NCBI GenBank assembly: GCA_051294375.1
Contig: CM119265.1
Span: 10,241,720 to 10,305,719 of the forward strand
Reading direction: 5' to 3'
DNA from: Paraspadella gotoi
Taxonomy: Eukaryota; Animalia; Chaetognatha
DNA: 64,000 nucleotides
Part shown: positions 52,528-64,000 of the stretch, piece after piece
How positions within the stretch are numbered: position 1 is the stretch's first letter
Layout: each line of letters begins with the position of its first letter
Made by a program: the position numbers and the translations under genes
The notes under the pieces: model-generated
What the model was told of the DNA's origin: nothing
Databases searched by the model: none
What the model saw: only the letters and a program-made list of their open reading frames with translations

Positions 52528-55500
52528 NNNNNNNNNNNNNNNNNNNNNNNNNNNNNNNNNNNNNNNNNNNNNNNNNNNNNNNNNNNNNNNNNNNNNNNNN
52601 NNNNNNNNNNNNNNNNNNNNNNNNNNNTATATTTAGGTATTATTAGTTAAGACTAGTTAATTTTACATTCAAACATTTTTTCGTAAATATTAGTTAATTA
52701 GTTAAATTTAAAATTAGAATTTAGAATTTATTTATAATGTAAAATAAAAAAAAAGGTAAACTTTGCTCGATAGTGGCTCTGCCACGGTAAATATCGGGGG
52801 AAGTACAAAGGAACCGCGGGGAGATTAGAACTTGTCGCGGGCAAACTTTGCCGTTTGGGGACTTTAACCCATCGGTGAAGTAGTAAGGGAGAAACTGAGT
52901 GTTATAAAATCTGAATTCCCCCTTTCTAGATTAACGACATTCAGTGAAAAATACATATAAACAAATTGCCAAAATATTCCCTCGTGGTTTTCTTCGCCCT
53001 TCGCCAAATTCAACGGATTTTTCCAAAGGTTAGCGACCATGGATAGTTTAAGGGAAGATAGTGAGAAAGTTTCAGAGAGGGATTTTAGACGTTTTTTGGT
53101 TGAATTAAAACAAGTTTTAGATAGTTTTAGTTCGTGTTATCAATCGTATTTGTCTGACCAAACCTCAGCAAACTTGCGTGAGACTCTAGAAACGCGCGAA
53201 AGCCTCGTTGATTCTCTTAAGGATCTGTCGGCGGGCTCCTAAACCGTCCAGACTTGAAAACGGGGCGCGCGGAAAGTCTCTTGCGTGAGGCTGAGGAGGT
53301 CCTATTACGTTGTCCAATTACTGGTTTTCCCGTAGTCCCTGACCTGAACCCCTTGAAACGAGCGTCCGCGATAGGCCGGTTGAACCATGCTGTGATAATC
53401 CTGTAATTAATCCGGTTCCCGTAACTAATTCAGTTCCTGTAACTAATCAGTCCCTGTGACTAATCCGGTTCCTATAAACGTGTCCGCCGCCGCGGTTGTC
53501 GACAAAAATAATTCTATCGCTCCCTCCGTCTGTCCCGAATCCAACCCACTCCCAACCCCCGCCCACGTATCCAGATGGGTCGAAGAGGCAGCAGCAAACT
53601 CCGGGAGGGCATCGTCCATCGACTCTTTCGAAAATTCGCGGGACGAGGATGATCGCCAATCGGGAACGACGTCGTCCGAATCCGGTACCTCAAGGCCGTT
53701 ACGAGATGCGCAGCGGGACCGACTGATTAAAAAAGGTAAAGTAGAAGATCGATTACGCAATTTTCGACGGAAATTGAAATCATGGAGAATAATTTTCAAG
53801 CGGACAAAACATGAAAATAACTGAACTAAATTTAGCTCGTGACGAGATGGAGAGGTTGGAAAGGGAAGCTGAAATAGAAAGGATTGATATTGAAAGCCAG
53901 TATGAAGAAAACGTTGAGATTCTAGAAGTCAATGTCTCTCTAATCAGGAACGACACGGAGCCGAAGAAACTCGGAGGGACGCGCGATCTACGCCCGCTAC
54001 GGAGGGACCCGTTTCCATGGCGACGCCTTTTGCCGCCGAATCAATCGGCTGATCCCGTTCGAAAGAAAAATCGTCTCACGGAGAACCGGCCCGGGCCCGT
54101 CGCCATGACGACGACGACGCCGTCTCATTCCAGTTCAGCGGGAAATCGTTTGAGAGTCGATGCGGAGCGGCTGTTCCAGCGACGGCGTGTTTGAACGCGC
54201 CGCGGCGTGTGACTCGGGCCAACCCAGCGTTAAATGCAGCCATTTCAAAAACATCGGCGCCGAAGGAGTCAATTCCAGCGCCGATTAATACCGTTTCAAA
54301 TCCTCGTACCTTACCTGTCACCTCTCATATTAATACCCATTCTATCATGTCTATTTTTCCTGCGGAATTACAAAGCGAAAACCACTTGTCAAAAAATAAT
54401 TCTAATGGGAAGGGTGAAGGGCAAAACAAAGTTCATTTTGAGTCGCCGCGTCGCCAGTTATCCGTTGCCAGTTTACCAATTGCCTTCGAATTTTTGGCCC
54501 TTGTCCTTGCCTTGTTCAAGACAGTCAGAAAATATATTGTCAGTTATTCAAGCGGCAGTAGTGCAGGCTATAACGCCGTTGTTTGCGTCTCAAAGTGTCG
54601 TCGCGCCGCCGATCATGTTGTCCCCGTTGGTCCCGTCGGAAAATCGCGAATCCACTTCAATTGTTCCACCTTCGACGACGCAAGTTGCCGTTTCGTCTCC
54701 GACGTCAGTGCCTNNNNNNNNNNGTCCCGAAACCGCGGTGGACTTGACGATTCCGAAAATCACTGTTCCTTCAGAACCACCCTTACCCCAACCACCACCC
54801 TCGATGCAGGACCAAGCAAAAAAGCAGGTTTTTAATGAGAAGAATAGTTTAAATCAAAATAAATGCATTTCGAATGTTTTGAATANNNNNNNNNNTCAAC
54901 TTAGTGATGACGAGGAATCTGTCTACTCCGACAACACGCATCGCGTAGGATCGATCGCCGCACCTTCGCCGGAAGACGCGTCCATTAGCTCACTATGCGC
55001 TATCCCACTGCATGCAACAAGCTTTCTCATTGATGCGGCAAAAAAGACCAAAGCTCAAGTTCTCTGGGAGGGATCGCCGAGTCGATTTCGACAATCAACT
55101 AGCTCTCTTCAACACCCTCTACAGTATTCCGGGAATCACTAACGAAATGCTGGTAGGAGAATATTTGCCGGGTGACGCACTCATAATCATATTCAGCAAG
55201 TATGAGTTGGTGGCGAGTTGATTATGCGAGATCGTTTAAAAAAGATTAAGAAGCATTGAGAAGTTTCGTTTGGNNNNNNNNNNNNNNNNNNNNNNNNNNN
55301 NNNNNNNNNNNNNNNNNNNNNNNNNNNNNNNNNNNNNNNNNNNNNNNNNNNNNNNNNNNNNNNNNNNNNNNNNNNNNNNNNNNNNNNNNNNNNNNNNNNN
55401 NNNNNNNNAGATGGAATGGTTGGAGAGAGAGACGGACGATGAAGATGACGAGTGTGATCTTGATCCTACCTTTGAGACATTTATAAAATTTCTCAAATAC

Positions 55501-55708
55501 ANNNNNNNNNNNNNNNNNNNNNNNNNNNNNNNNNNNNNNNNNNNNNNNNNNNNNNNNNNNNNNNNNNNNNNNNNNNNNNNNNNNNNNNNNNNNNNNNNNN
55601 NNNNNNNNNNNNNNNNNNNNNNNNNNNNNNNNNNNNNNNNNNNNNNNNNNNNNNNNNNNNNNNNTCGCAGCCGTAGCAACAAAGCCGACGAAATCCACAA
55701 CAATGACG

Positions 55709-57142
55709 AAAAGCCAGAATTCGACATCAAACACAAACCCAAAGTTTCCCCATCCCAACGCCAATCCCACGACGCACGCCCCAAGGACTCCGTCAACAGC
55801 CATATGTTACATGTGCGGCGTGAATCATCGGCTGGAGACCTGCAGAAAATATCTCAATCTCGGGATCGACAAAAGGTGGGATGTTATTAAGAAAAATAGC
55901 TTGTGCCATGTTTGTCTGAGGCGAGGCCACATTACGAAAGACTGCAGAAGTTTATTAGGCTGTCGAAAGTGCGCAGGTCGGCATCATGTCTCCGTTCATG
56001 CAGAGACGTCGATCGCAAATTCATCTTGACTTGCANNNNNNNNNNCCGTCACAGGGACATTTCGTCCCATCGTTCCCGTTATTATCGCGAACGGAAATAA
56101 ATCAGTGACGTACGCGCTTCTCGACTCAGGAGCAAACTCGTTCCGCAGTCGCACTTCTATCGTCAACAAACTAAATTTAATCCGTATACGCTATTTACTA
56201 ATCTTACTACATATGATGCAACTTCGCAAATATGGCGAGATTTCGTTGATTTTGAGTTAAAGAAATTATACATAACACTTATTCAATAAAAATTAAAAAG
56301 GCTATCGTCGGCAAAATTCTGACCTGTGAGAGCGACAAACCAGTAAAAAATAAGGATATAAGTGATTATGATTACATGCAAGGAGTTCAATTTGTCGAGC
56401 TGAAACATGATAATATTGATTTAATTCTAGCGAAAAGCCCAGAATTCGACATCAAAACACAACCCAAAGTTTCCCTCCCAACGCCAATCCCCACGACGCA
56501 CGCCCCAAGGACTCCGTCAACAGCCTATGTTACATGTGCGGCGTGAATCATCGGCTGGAGACCTGCAGAAAAATATCTCAATCTCGGGATCGAAAAAGTG
56601 GGATGTCTATTAAGAAAAATAGCTTGTGCCATGTTTGTCTGAGGCGAGGCCACATTACGAAAGACTGCAGAAGTTTATTAGGCTTCGAAAATGCGCAGGT
56701 CGCATCATGTCTCCGTTCATGCAGAGACGTCGATCGCAAATTCATCTTGACTTGCAGCCGCGTACGCCGTCACAGGACATTTCGTCCCATGTTCCCGTTA
56801 TTATCCGCGAACGGAAATAAATCAGTGACGTACGCGCTTCTCGACTCAGGAGCAAACTCGTTCCGCAGTCGCACTTCTATCGTCAACAAACTAAATTTAA
56901 TCCGTATACGCTATTTACTAATCTTACTACATATGATGCAACTTCGCAAATATGGCGAGATTTCGTTGATTTTGAGTTAAAGAAATTATACATAACACTT
57001 ATTCAATAAAAATTAAAAATGCTATCGTCGGCAAAATTCTGACCGTGAGAGCGACAAACCAGTAAAAAATAGGATATAAGTGATTATGATTACATGCAAG
57101 GAGTTCAATTTGTCAGCTGAAACATGATAATATGATTTAATT
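55709..57142 (+). repeat. Tandem duplication of about 720 bp covering the zinc-knuckle/protease segment
   Basis: 55709-56431 is repeated at 56432-57142 with scattered 1-bp indels, close to N gaps. Confidence 0.92.
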
Positions 57143-57166
57143 CATAGATGCAAGCCTCGCCTCGGA

Positions 57167-59284
57167 GTGGATCGGAGGGGCCGACGCGAATCGNNNNNNN
57201 NNNNNNNNNNNNNNNNNNGACCGCCGGGTCTCCCCACAGCCCTACTCACTACATTCGGTTGGACCCTCATCGGGCCAAGTGAAAACAGACGCCAAGGANN
57301 NNNNNNNNTTAGTTGCCTTGACGCCAATCCCTCAGGTTTGGAAGAGCTTGAATTTCAAATCTCAAAACTAGAAAAAATGGATTTCTTAATGAAAGAATCC
57401 GAGCATTATTCTTCTGAAGTGAGTCACCCGTCTGCATTAGATCAATATGCAATAGAGCAGCTCGAATCTGGAACTTTCTTTAATTCGTCTACAGGTCATT
57501 ACAGCGCTCCTACGCCATGGAAAAGGGGACGAGAAACGACGGCAAAGGAGTTCAAGAAAATAAGGGAGGCAACGATCGCGAACGCCAAAAGAAGAGCGAT
57601 CAAAACCGCGGAGAAATTAGCAAAAGATCCAATTTTAAAGAAAGGAGTCTTCGAGACGATGCGCGAAAATATGGAGGTTGGTTTCTCAAGCAAAGTTGAA
57701 ATTGAGAATTTAAACGGGGAATTCCCAGAATATTATACTCCGTTACATATAGTTACGCGCCCTGATAAGCCCGGCAAGTTTCGTATCTGTCAGGACGCAG
57801 CCTCAAAAACGAGAGGCACATTTTTGAATCAGCATCTGATAGCTGGGCCTGATAACTTAACCCCCTTATTGGGCGTATTGATGAGATTTCGGAGGAAGAG
57901 AGTAACGTTGTCAGCAGACATTAAGGGTTTTTTCCATCAAATTGAGATTAACCCGGCCGATCGAGGCGCATTCAGATTTTTCTGGTACAGTGACGAGAGT
58001 ATGACAAAACTCGAAACTCATCAGTCTAATGTTCATATTTTTGGCGGCTCCGGAAGCCCAGGTGTCGCCAACTGGGTGATAAAATACCATATGAAGAAAA
58101 TTAAAGACGAAGTCTCACTTGAAGCTTTCCTTTCTATCTTCCTTCAGCTCTACATGGACGACCTACTGGATTCGCTCGACACACCACAAGAAGCTCAGCG
58201 GCTGAGATTGGAACTCATTGACGCGCTCAAACGTGGCGGTTTTGAATTATGCAAATTTAAAAGTTCGGACCCACGAGTCCTCAAAGATGATCTCATTTCA
58301 AACGACGTGCCTCCAGCACCCCCTCAAGATACGGACGAGCTCGTCGACGATCTGGAAAAGATGGCCGAGAATGCTCTTCCTGAAAGTCCGATGGTGGAAG
58401 ACCATACAAGTAAAATTTTGGGAGTAGGGTTCAACTCAGAAAAAGATATATTTTTTGTCCGCATAACTGAAAGGGCAAGAAAGGAGGCAATCAGTAGACG
58501 AGATTTTCTCAAACTGGTCGCAAGTGTTTATGATCCACTTGGGTTCGTTGCTCCATATATCCTTAAGGGAAGGGCTTATTTTCAAAAGGCGACGAATGAT
58601 AAACTTACCTGGGACGAGAAAGTCCCGGAAGAGCTTTTTAAAAAGTTTGACAAATGGAGGAGAGAAATGGAAGGACTTAAGAGATTTACCTTTCCCCGAT
58701 GGACCTCCATTTTGGGTTTAAATGTTGCAAAGACGCAATTAATCATTTTCGCTGACGCATCTTCAACAGGTTATGGGATTGTTTCATATTTGAAAAAGAT
58801 GAACGAAACTGAAGATGAATGTCACATTTCGTTATTTTATGCAAAATCTCATGTCGTTCCATTGCAAATGCAGAGAACGCTGGTCCCAGGCCAAGAGGAC
58901 CACTTAGAAAGCATGCCACGATTAGAATTAAACGCGGCAAGGCTCGCGGCTCAAGCCAGAGATATGATAGTCAGGGAATCTGGAGAAGAATTTTCCAGTA
59001 TTATAATGCTTACAGATTCTATTACAGTATTAAACTGGATCAACGATTTCACTAAAAGATTCAAAACCTTTGAACATTTCAGGCTTAAAGCAATACGAAA
59101 TTTATCTCCCATTCAGGAGTGGCGCCACGTTGAGGGGAAGGAGAATCCTGCGGACTTCACCTCCAGAGGTCTCGACGCAAACGACAAAAAATGGCCCATT
59201 TATCATCAAGGTCCCGTTTGGCTTCCTCGACTCTCCGCGCGTTCAAACTGCCTTTCTGATTATTATGGCACGGGTAATTTTTGA
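57167..59284 (+). CDS. BEL/Pao pol ORF (RT and RNase H), 3'-truncated
   Basis: 705-aa ORF with the motifs above. It ends just after 'GPVWL', where integrase normally begins. Confidence 0.92.
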   Translation: MDRRGRRESXXXXXXXXXPPGLPTALLTTFGWTLIGPSENRRQGXXXXSCLDANPSGLEELEFQISKLEKMDFLMKESEHYSSEVSHPSALDQYAIEQLESGTFFNSSTGHYSAPTPWKRGRETTAKEFKKIREATIANAKRRAIKTAEKLAKDPILKKGVFETMRENMEVGFSSKVEIENLNGEFPEYYTPLHIVTRPDKPGKFRICQDAASKTRGTFLNQHLIAGPDNLTPLLGVLMRFRRKRVTLSADIKGFFHQIEINPADRGAFRFFWYSDESMTKLETHQSNVHIFGGSGSPGVANWVIKYHMKKIKDEVSLEAFLSIFLQLYMDDLLDSLDTPQEAQRLRLELIDALKRGGFELCKFKSSDPRVLKDDLISNDVPPAPPQDTDELVDDLEKMAENALPESPMVEDHTSKILGVGFNSEKDIFFVRITERARKEAISRRDFLKLVASVYDPLGFVAPYILKGRAYFQKATNDKLTWDEKVPEELFKKFDKWRREMEGLKRFTFPRWTSILGLNVAKTQLIIFADASSTGYGIVSYLKKMNETEDECHISLFYAKSHVVPLQMQRTLVPGQEDHLESMPRLELNAARLAAQARDMIVRESGEEFSSIIMLTDSITVLNWINDFTKRFKTFEHFRLKAIRNLSPIQEWRHVEGKENPADFTSRGLDANDKKWPIYHQGPVWLPRLSARSNCLSDYYGTGNF

Positions 59285-61114
59285 TGAACATTAGTTATTT
59301 CAACTGCAGAATTTTCTGCATTCGTTGTTTTTTTTTTCTTCTTATTATAAAACTTTTTGTATGTTAAATTAATTGGTTGTGAATTTTATCCCGGAAGATG
59401 CGTCTTTTTATTTCCTAAAAAATTTCAATCTCGATGCCTTCGCCATAAAGATATTACATATTTAATTTAATTAAATGTAAATTAACTTTACCGTTTCTGG
59501 ATGGAACGGTAGGAGACCAACAACCGCATGCATAGCTTCGTCTTTGCTTATTCGTTCTACGGTTGTTCTGCCACCGTCACTGTTCGAGAGCCGGGATGTG
59601 CGAACCTAATGGATCGACTCCAAAAAAAAAATAGAAGAAAAAAAGGTTGGTTTTTGTCAGTTGATTCAGATATCCGCTCTTCTTTCCTTTTGCATATGAA
59701 GACCTGAAAACGCGCGGAATGTATGGATAATATAAAGTCAGAGTGTCAAAATGATAGGTATCGACTATCGAGTCGCTCGGATTCTCATTAGAAAATATTA
59801 TTTTTTAAGGGACTTTGCTTATTCAAGGGTTATTTTGGTAAGAAATATATATTGTATACACGGATAACCCCCGACCCCACTACGCCAGAGCGAATACTCC
59901 TCTCTCCGAAGGGCCTTTTCCATCCGCGCCTCTCAACGTCCCCCTCTTATCCTCTCTTCGTTTCCCCCACCTCATCTATCCCTGCGCAGAGCTGCATCGT
60001 TGGCCCAGTTTAATCTCCACACTTTTACGTTCGTGTACCCGTTAAGGGCTACTTGAAAGGAGCCGTCGAACTTTCCTTTCTCCTGATTACTTGTCCTTAC
60101 CCTTACCGTTTCCTCAATTATTCTCACTAAGTCATATGATAAACGCTTACCTTATTTCTTTTCCCTTTATCGAGATTAGTTAGAGTCAGCCCATCTATCC
60201 CTAGATAGATAATACCTTTAGGTACAGAATATTGAAAATTTTTTTATTATCAAATAAAAAAACATTTGTTTTGTGTCTTTACTAATAGCGTTTGCAAGAG
60301 AATTAGAAATAAAAAAAAAAGTGGAGACACGCTGACAACAACACGCCCCCGAACTTGGTTTTTTCATTACCCGTTTATCGATTATTTAAGTGTAATCAAG
60401 TTTCATTGATTGTTATTTCTTTTTGATTCTATATCTTCATGGAACGTCGTTTTGAGAATTTATTGAAAAAAACTAGTTTAGTTTATAACAGTTCTCTCTG
60501 TTTTTTCTTTTTTTTTTTATTCGCTTTTTTTCTACGAGGAAAAAGAAAAAAAAACTGTACCCAGGACCCGTAGTTTTCTAAGATTATTGATGTCCCAAAA
60601 AATGAAACTCTAAACGCCCCCTTTCCTTTGTCCCCCATTTTTATCTCAATTTACGGCAACATCTCCAAGGATTTTTTGAAGAGGGCTTTCGCCGTCCAGA
60701 ATGGGGACGCTGCATTTTATGTTGAGGTCAAGGGTCGAAGGAGAAGGGCGTCTTGTCCAACAAGGCGATGGGCCGTTGTTTCGAACCCTGGTCGTCGACT
60801 TCGTCTACGAACAGGCGGGAGATGTGAACCCATGAAGGAAAGGATCATGGTTTTTTTTTCGTTGAGCGGCCCGATATTCTGGCGCAGACGGAGGTAAAAA
60901 TTAAACTTATCAATCTTGTGCAGCATTTTAACACTCATGTGCCAAAAAACGCAATATGGCGACCAAATGGCACAGCGCTTATAAAATTTTATTAAAAATA
61001 TAAAATATTTTTTTAAAATTAAATAAGAGGAAATATAAAAAATAAAAAAAAAAAAAAAAAAACTAATATACTGAAGAGAAGACAAGTAATTATTGTGGAA
61101 CATGTGTTATTGAC

Positions 61115-62330
61115 CAGACCATTCAATATAGACCCAGTCCCTGAGAGTTATGCTTTTGGAATCAGGGCGTTTAAACACTACCCGTGTATAGGCGGTTAAA
61201 AGCGCCCCAATCCCCTCTTAACTGCTAGGTAGAGCTACACGGGCAAGAACCCCGGACCTTTTTAGGTTGGGAGTGGCGGTGGCAAAAATGACTTTGCCTC
61301 CAGGATGAGGCACCAATGGCCACTGATATGTTGATGAACGGTTGTTGGGGTAAGAATTAGTTCCACCATACATCCCCCTTTCTTATAGGGAAAAGTTGTT
61401 GTGTTTGTCTTTATCTTTTTCTTTCAATAATAAATTTGTTTGTTCAGTGTTTGGTGGAAATTAAAGTTGAGGATAAATGTTGCACCTGAATGTGTGTAGC
61501 CGGAAGTGGCCATCGCAATGGTTGATGGCATGTTCGCCACTGAAATGTGTTTTGTTCTGTGCTTGTGTTCGGAACTTCGGACGAGAGAAGACGGGAGTAA
61601 TTATTTGTTATTGATTAGTGACAGCAGAACCATTCAATAATAAGCACTGCTTAGATATTAAAGCAGTCCCTGAGCTTCAGAGTCACTGTTTACAGTGCGG
61701 GTTTAAAAGGCCCCCGTCCTCTTAAACTGCAACACGGAGGAGTATTCATTACTACCATCATGTATTATGAAATCATTTAACCTAATTTTTTAAAAAAATA
61801 ATAAGTTATTTTTTTTAACTAACTCAACCAATGCAAAGTTCGGTTAGAAAGTTTGAGAGAAGTGGTCTTAAATAAAAGCTCTCTGTCGCTGGGGTAGATA
61901 AATGTTTTGATATTATATACCAAGTATAATTTTATCAAATTGACCAACTTGAAAAATTTAAGTTACTTGTATTTTAGGTTCAGAAGTTAGTTAAAAAAAA
62001 CAAACTTTAACTACTTTAAAAAAAAAAAAACCTAGATACCTTTACCGGAATTGGCCTTAACCATCGACAGGGATTGCGACATTAAGGTGTACTTTAAATA
62101 AAATTTGTTGCAGGTCGTTTTCAAGATGGGCACCTTTTTCTGATTTATCTTGATAATAACTGCATAATACTATATCGTCATGCTTACCCGTCACCGTAGG
62201 GCGTAGTGGTGGCACCATGGCCTAAAATAAAACTCCCCACGGAAACCACTTCTGTGGTATGGGAGGCGAAGAATGATTTTGGCCTCCCCGGCCACCAATG
62301 GCCACTAATGAAGTGCGTAGGTTGGGCTGG
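61115..62330 (+). repeat. Fragments of a structured GC-rich dispersed repeat (61115-61330, 61628-61742, about 62180-62330; related copy at 18915-19042)
   Basis: Shared blocks 'acc.ttcaata...cagtccctgag', 'ttaaaag.cccc...cctcttaa(a)ctgc' and 'aatga.ttt..cctcc...accaatg'. Confidence 0.6.
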
Positions 62331-63566
62331 TGATTTAGTCCACATAATACTAAATATACATAATGATATAGATACTACATTATAATATATATATAAATTT
62401 TATCTTACAAATCAGAAGAAAAAAAATTGTTTATCTTTTTGTCAAATAAAATAAGTATAATTGTCGGTACGATAGTTAATGGCAAAAGAGTACTCTGAAT
62501 ATATATGTAAAGATGAGCGCCTCAAATTTTTATTAGCACATTCTGTATCACTAAATGGTAGAGATGTAGGGCGTTGTAGATGCGTTATGATTAACAAATA
62601 AAAAACTATTGGTAATGAAATGCGAAACTTCATAATTAAACACAAAATTTAGGAGGCAGTAACGATATGAATCTTATCGTGTTACCCGTGCTTGTACGAA
62701 CGAAGGTTGCATTCATCGCGGCAAAAGCATGAATAGAAGAAGCCGGCGACAGTTGAACCGGTTGAGAAAACAAAGCCAAAGCGGAAACGCTAAGATATCA
62801 ATGTCAGCGAAGTGTTCATGATTGCTGACACGCGAAGCCAGAGCGATCGGCTAAAAACAAATCATCCGTGTGATTTTTCCGATCTTCGCCGCCCGTCATC
62901 CTGCTGTCGACGCCCGTTTCGCCTACGTCTTTGATCGGTCGATTCACGCCTAACCGTTTTCAAGTGAAACGTCACCTTTGTATATTTTATTGAGTAGAGA
63001 AATAGTTCTATCTCATCTTTCGATTCAGCGCTTGTTTCAATATTTATTCGTTATTTTCGGATAATACAAAACCATCTCTTAAGTAACGACAAGAAAGGTT
63101 CCTCATTATCAGGCAAAGCCCTCTTAATTCACATTCTTTTCAACGGTTTTATTTTTGTGTTAATCCTTCGTGAAGGATGATTTGTATTACAAACGTGGAA
63201 TTTCTGTCATCTTAACTCAAGTTCTATATATTACATTTCTTGACAAAAAACTGGATTTTCTTTTCTTAAGTCTTCTTTTTGATTTTTATGTACGTGTTCT
63301 TTTTATTTAACCTGATTTCAACACTTCAAATGCTCTTTTGTTAAGCGTTCATTAGGACAATTTTTTTTAAAATTCCTTTTGTAGGTAGAGAAGGCAAAAC
63401 ATCAGGTACTTGCGAGTGGGATCATTGAAACACACAAAAAAAGAACGAAATAAAACCGAAGGAGACTCGCAATGAAGATTGATGTACGAGAGCAGATGAT
63501 CGTAGTGGTGCAGGGACGAGAGGAGAAGATGATGAATCGAAGCGGCGCCAAATCTCCAATCAACTC

Positions 63567-64000
63567 CTAGTCCTCCCAGCTAAGGAAAGAGACAGAGTTA
63601 GCGATAAACGGGACTCCTTTGGAAATGCCTCTGCCTCGACGCCGTTTAGCGATGCCTCTTTCGGGAACGGACATTGGTTGGTGGTCATCCCGTCTCACAT
63701 CATGTCGACGGACAATTACTGCAAAACGCCGTGAGGATCTATTTCTCAAAACATTCTCATTTGTGTCGTCGCGAATTCCCGTTTGGAGCATTTTGGGAAA
63801 AAGGAGAAGGAAGAGACAAAAACAAAATTTGAAATCTTTGTGTCGGCGACATTTTCTTTGTCATTTTTATTTTCGAATTATTATTATTTACTTACCAGAC
63901 TTACCTTGAAATCTTGGCGTCGTGGAAAATTCGAATCTGAGGAGTTCACTCACCTGACGCAAAGAAAATCCAGTCCAGTAGCAATGTCAACCCGGCGAAT
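63567..64000 (-). CDS. Probable 3' exons of a gene entering from the right edge; product unknown
   Basis: GC-rich segments, strong donors AG|GTGAGT (about 63953) and AG|GTAAGT (about 63904), and a short terminal ORF ending at 63567. Confidence 0.3.

Larger units (their letters stand above)
53039..59284 (+). mobile_element. BEL/Pao LTR retrotransposon internal region: gag, protease, RT, RNase H; integrase absent
   Basis: Triple zinc knuckle (CYMCGVNHRLETC / CHVCLRRGHITKDC / CRKCAGRHHVSVH), protease 'ALLDSGA', RT 'KFRICQDAAS...ADIKGFFHQI...LYMDDLL', and Pao RNase H 'YDPLG...IFADAS...PRLELNAA...TDS...ENPADFTSRG'. Confidence 0.95.

Noticed and set aside
52773-52790. TGGCTCTGCCACGG as a primer-binding site for the BEL element
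   Set aside because: The position is plausible, but I could not match it convincingly to a tRNA 3' end, and the 5' LTR falls in a gap.
60628-60897. Short GC-rich ORF as a possible upstream LRWD1 exon
   Set aside because: It is on the opposite strand and has no LRR or WD motifs.

Overview
Eukaryotic (invertebrate animal) genomic DNA with AT-rich introns and intergenic regions, GC-rich exons and several N gaps; the species cannot be assigned from the sequence alone. The left third holds two M14B carboxypeptidase (CPM/CPD-like) paralogues flanking a complete GABPB1/2-like ankyrin gene, four tRNA-Ala genes, and a small gene (or gene pair) made of TDP-43 N-terminal-domain-like exons. A Penelope-type minimal hammerhead ribozyme and two decayed relatives lie near the tRNA genes. 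The middle is a ~10 kb block (25739-35743) with a TA-flanked MITE, a multi-exon gene of unknown function and an intronless, disrupted gene with a catalytically dead DEDDy-exonuclease-like domain. The block recurs at 36346-46555 as an indel-riddled copy that is probably a long-read assembly artefact. The right third holds the 3' exons of LRWD1, a DIRS-type tyrosine-recombinase retrotransposon and a BEL/Pao LTR retrotransposon lacking integrase. All homology calls come from motif recognition by eye, not from database searches.
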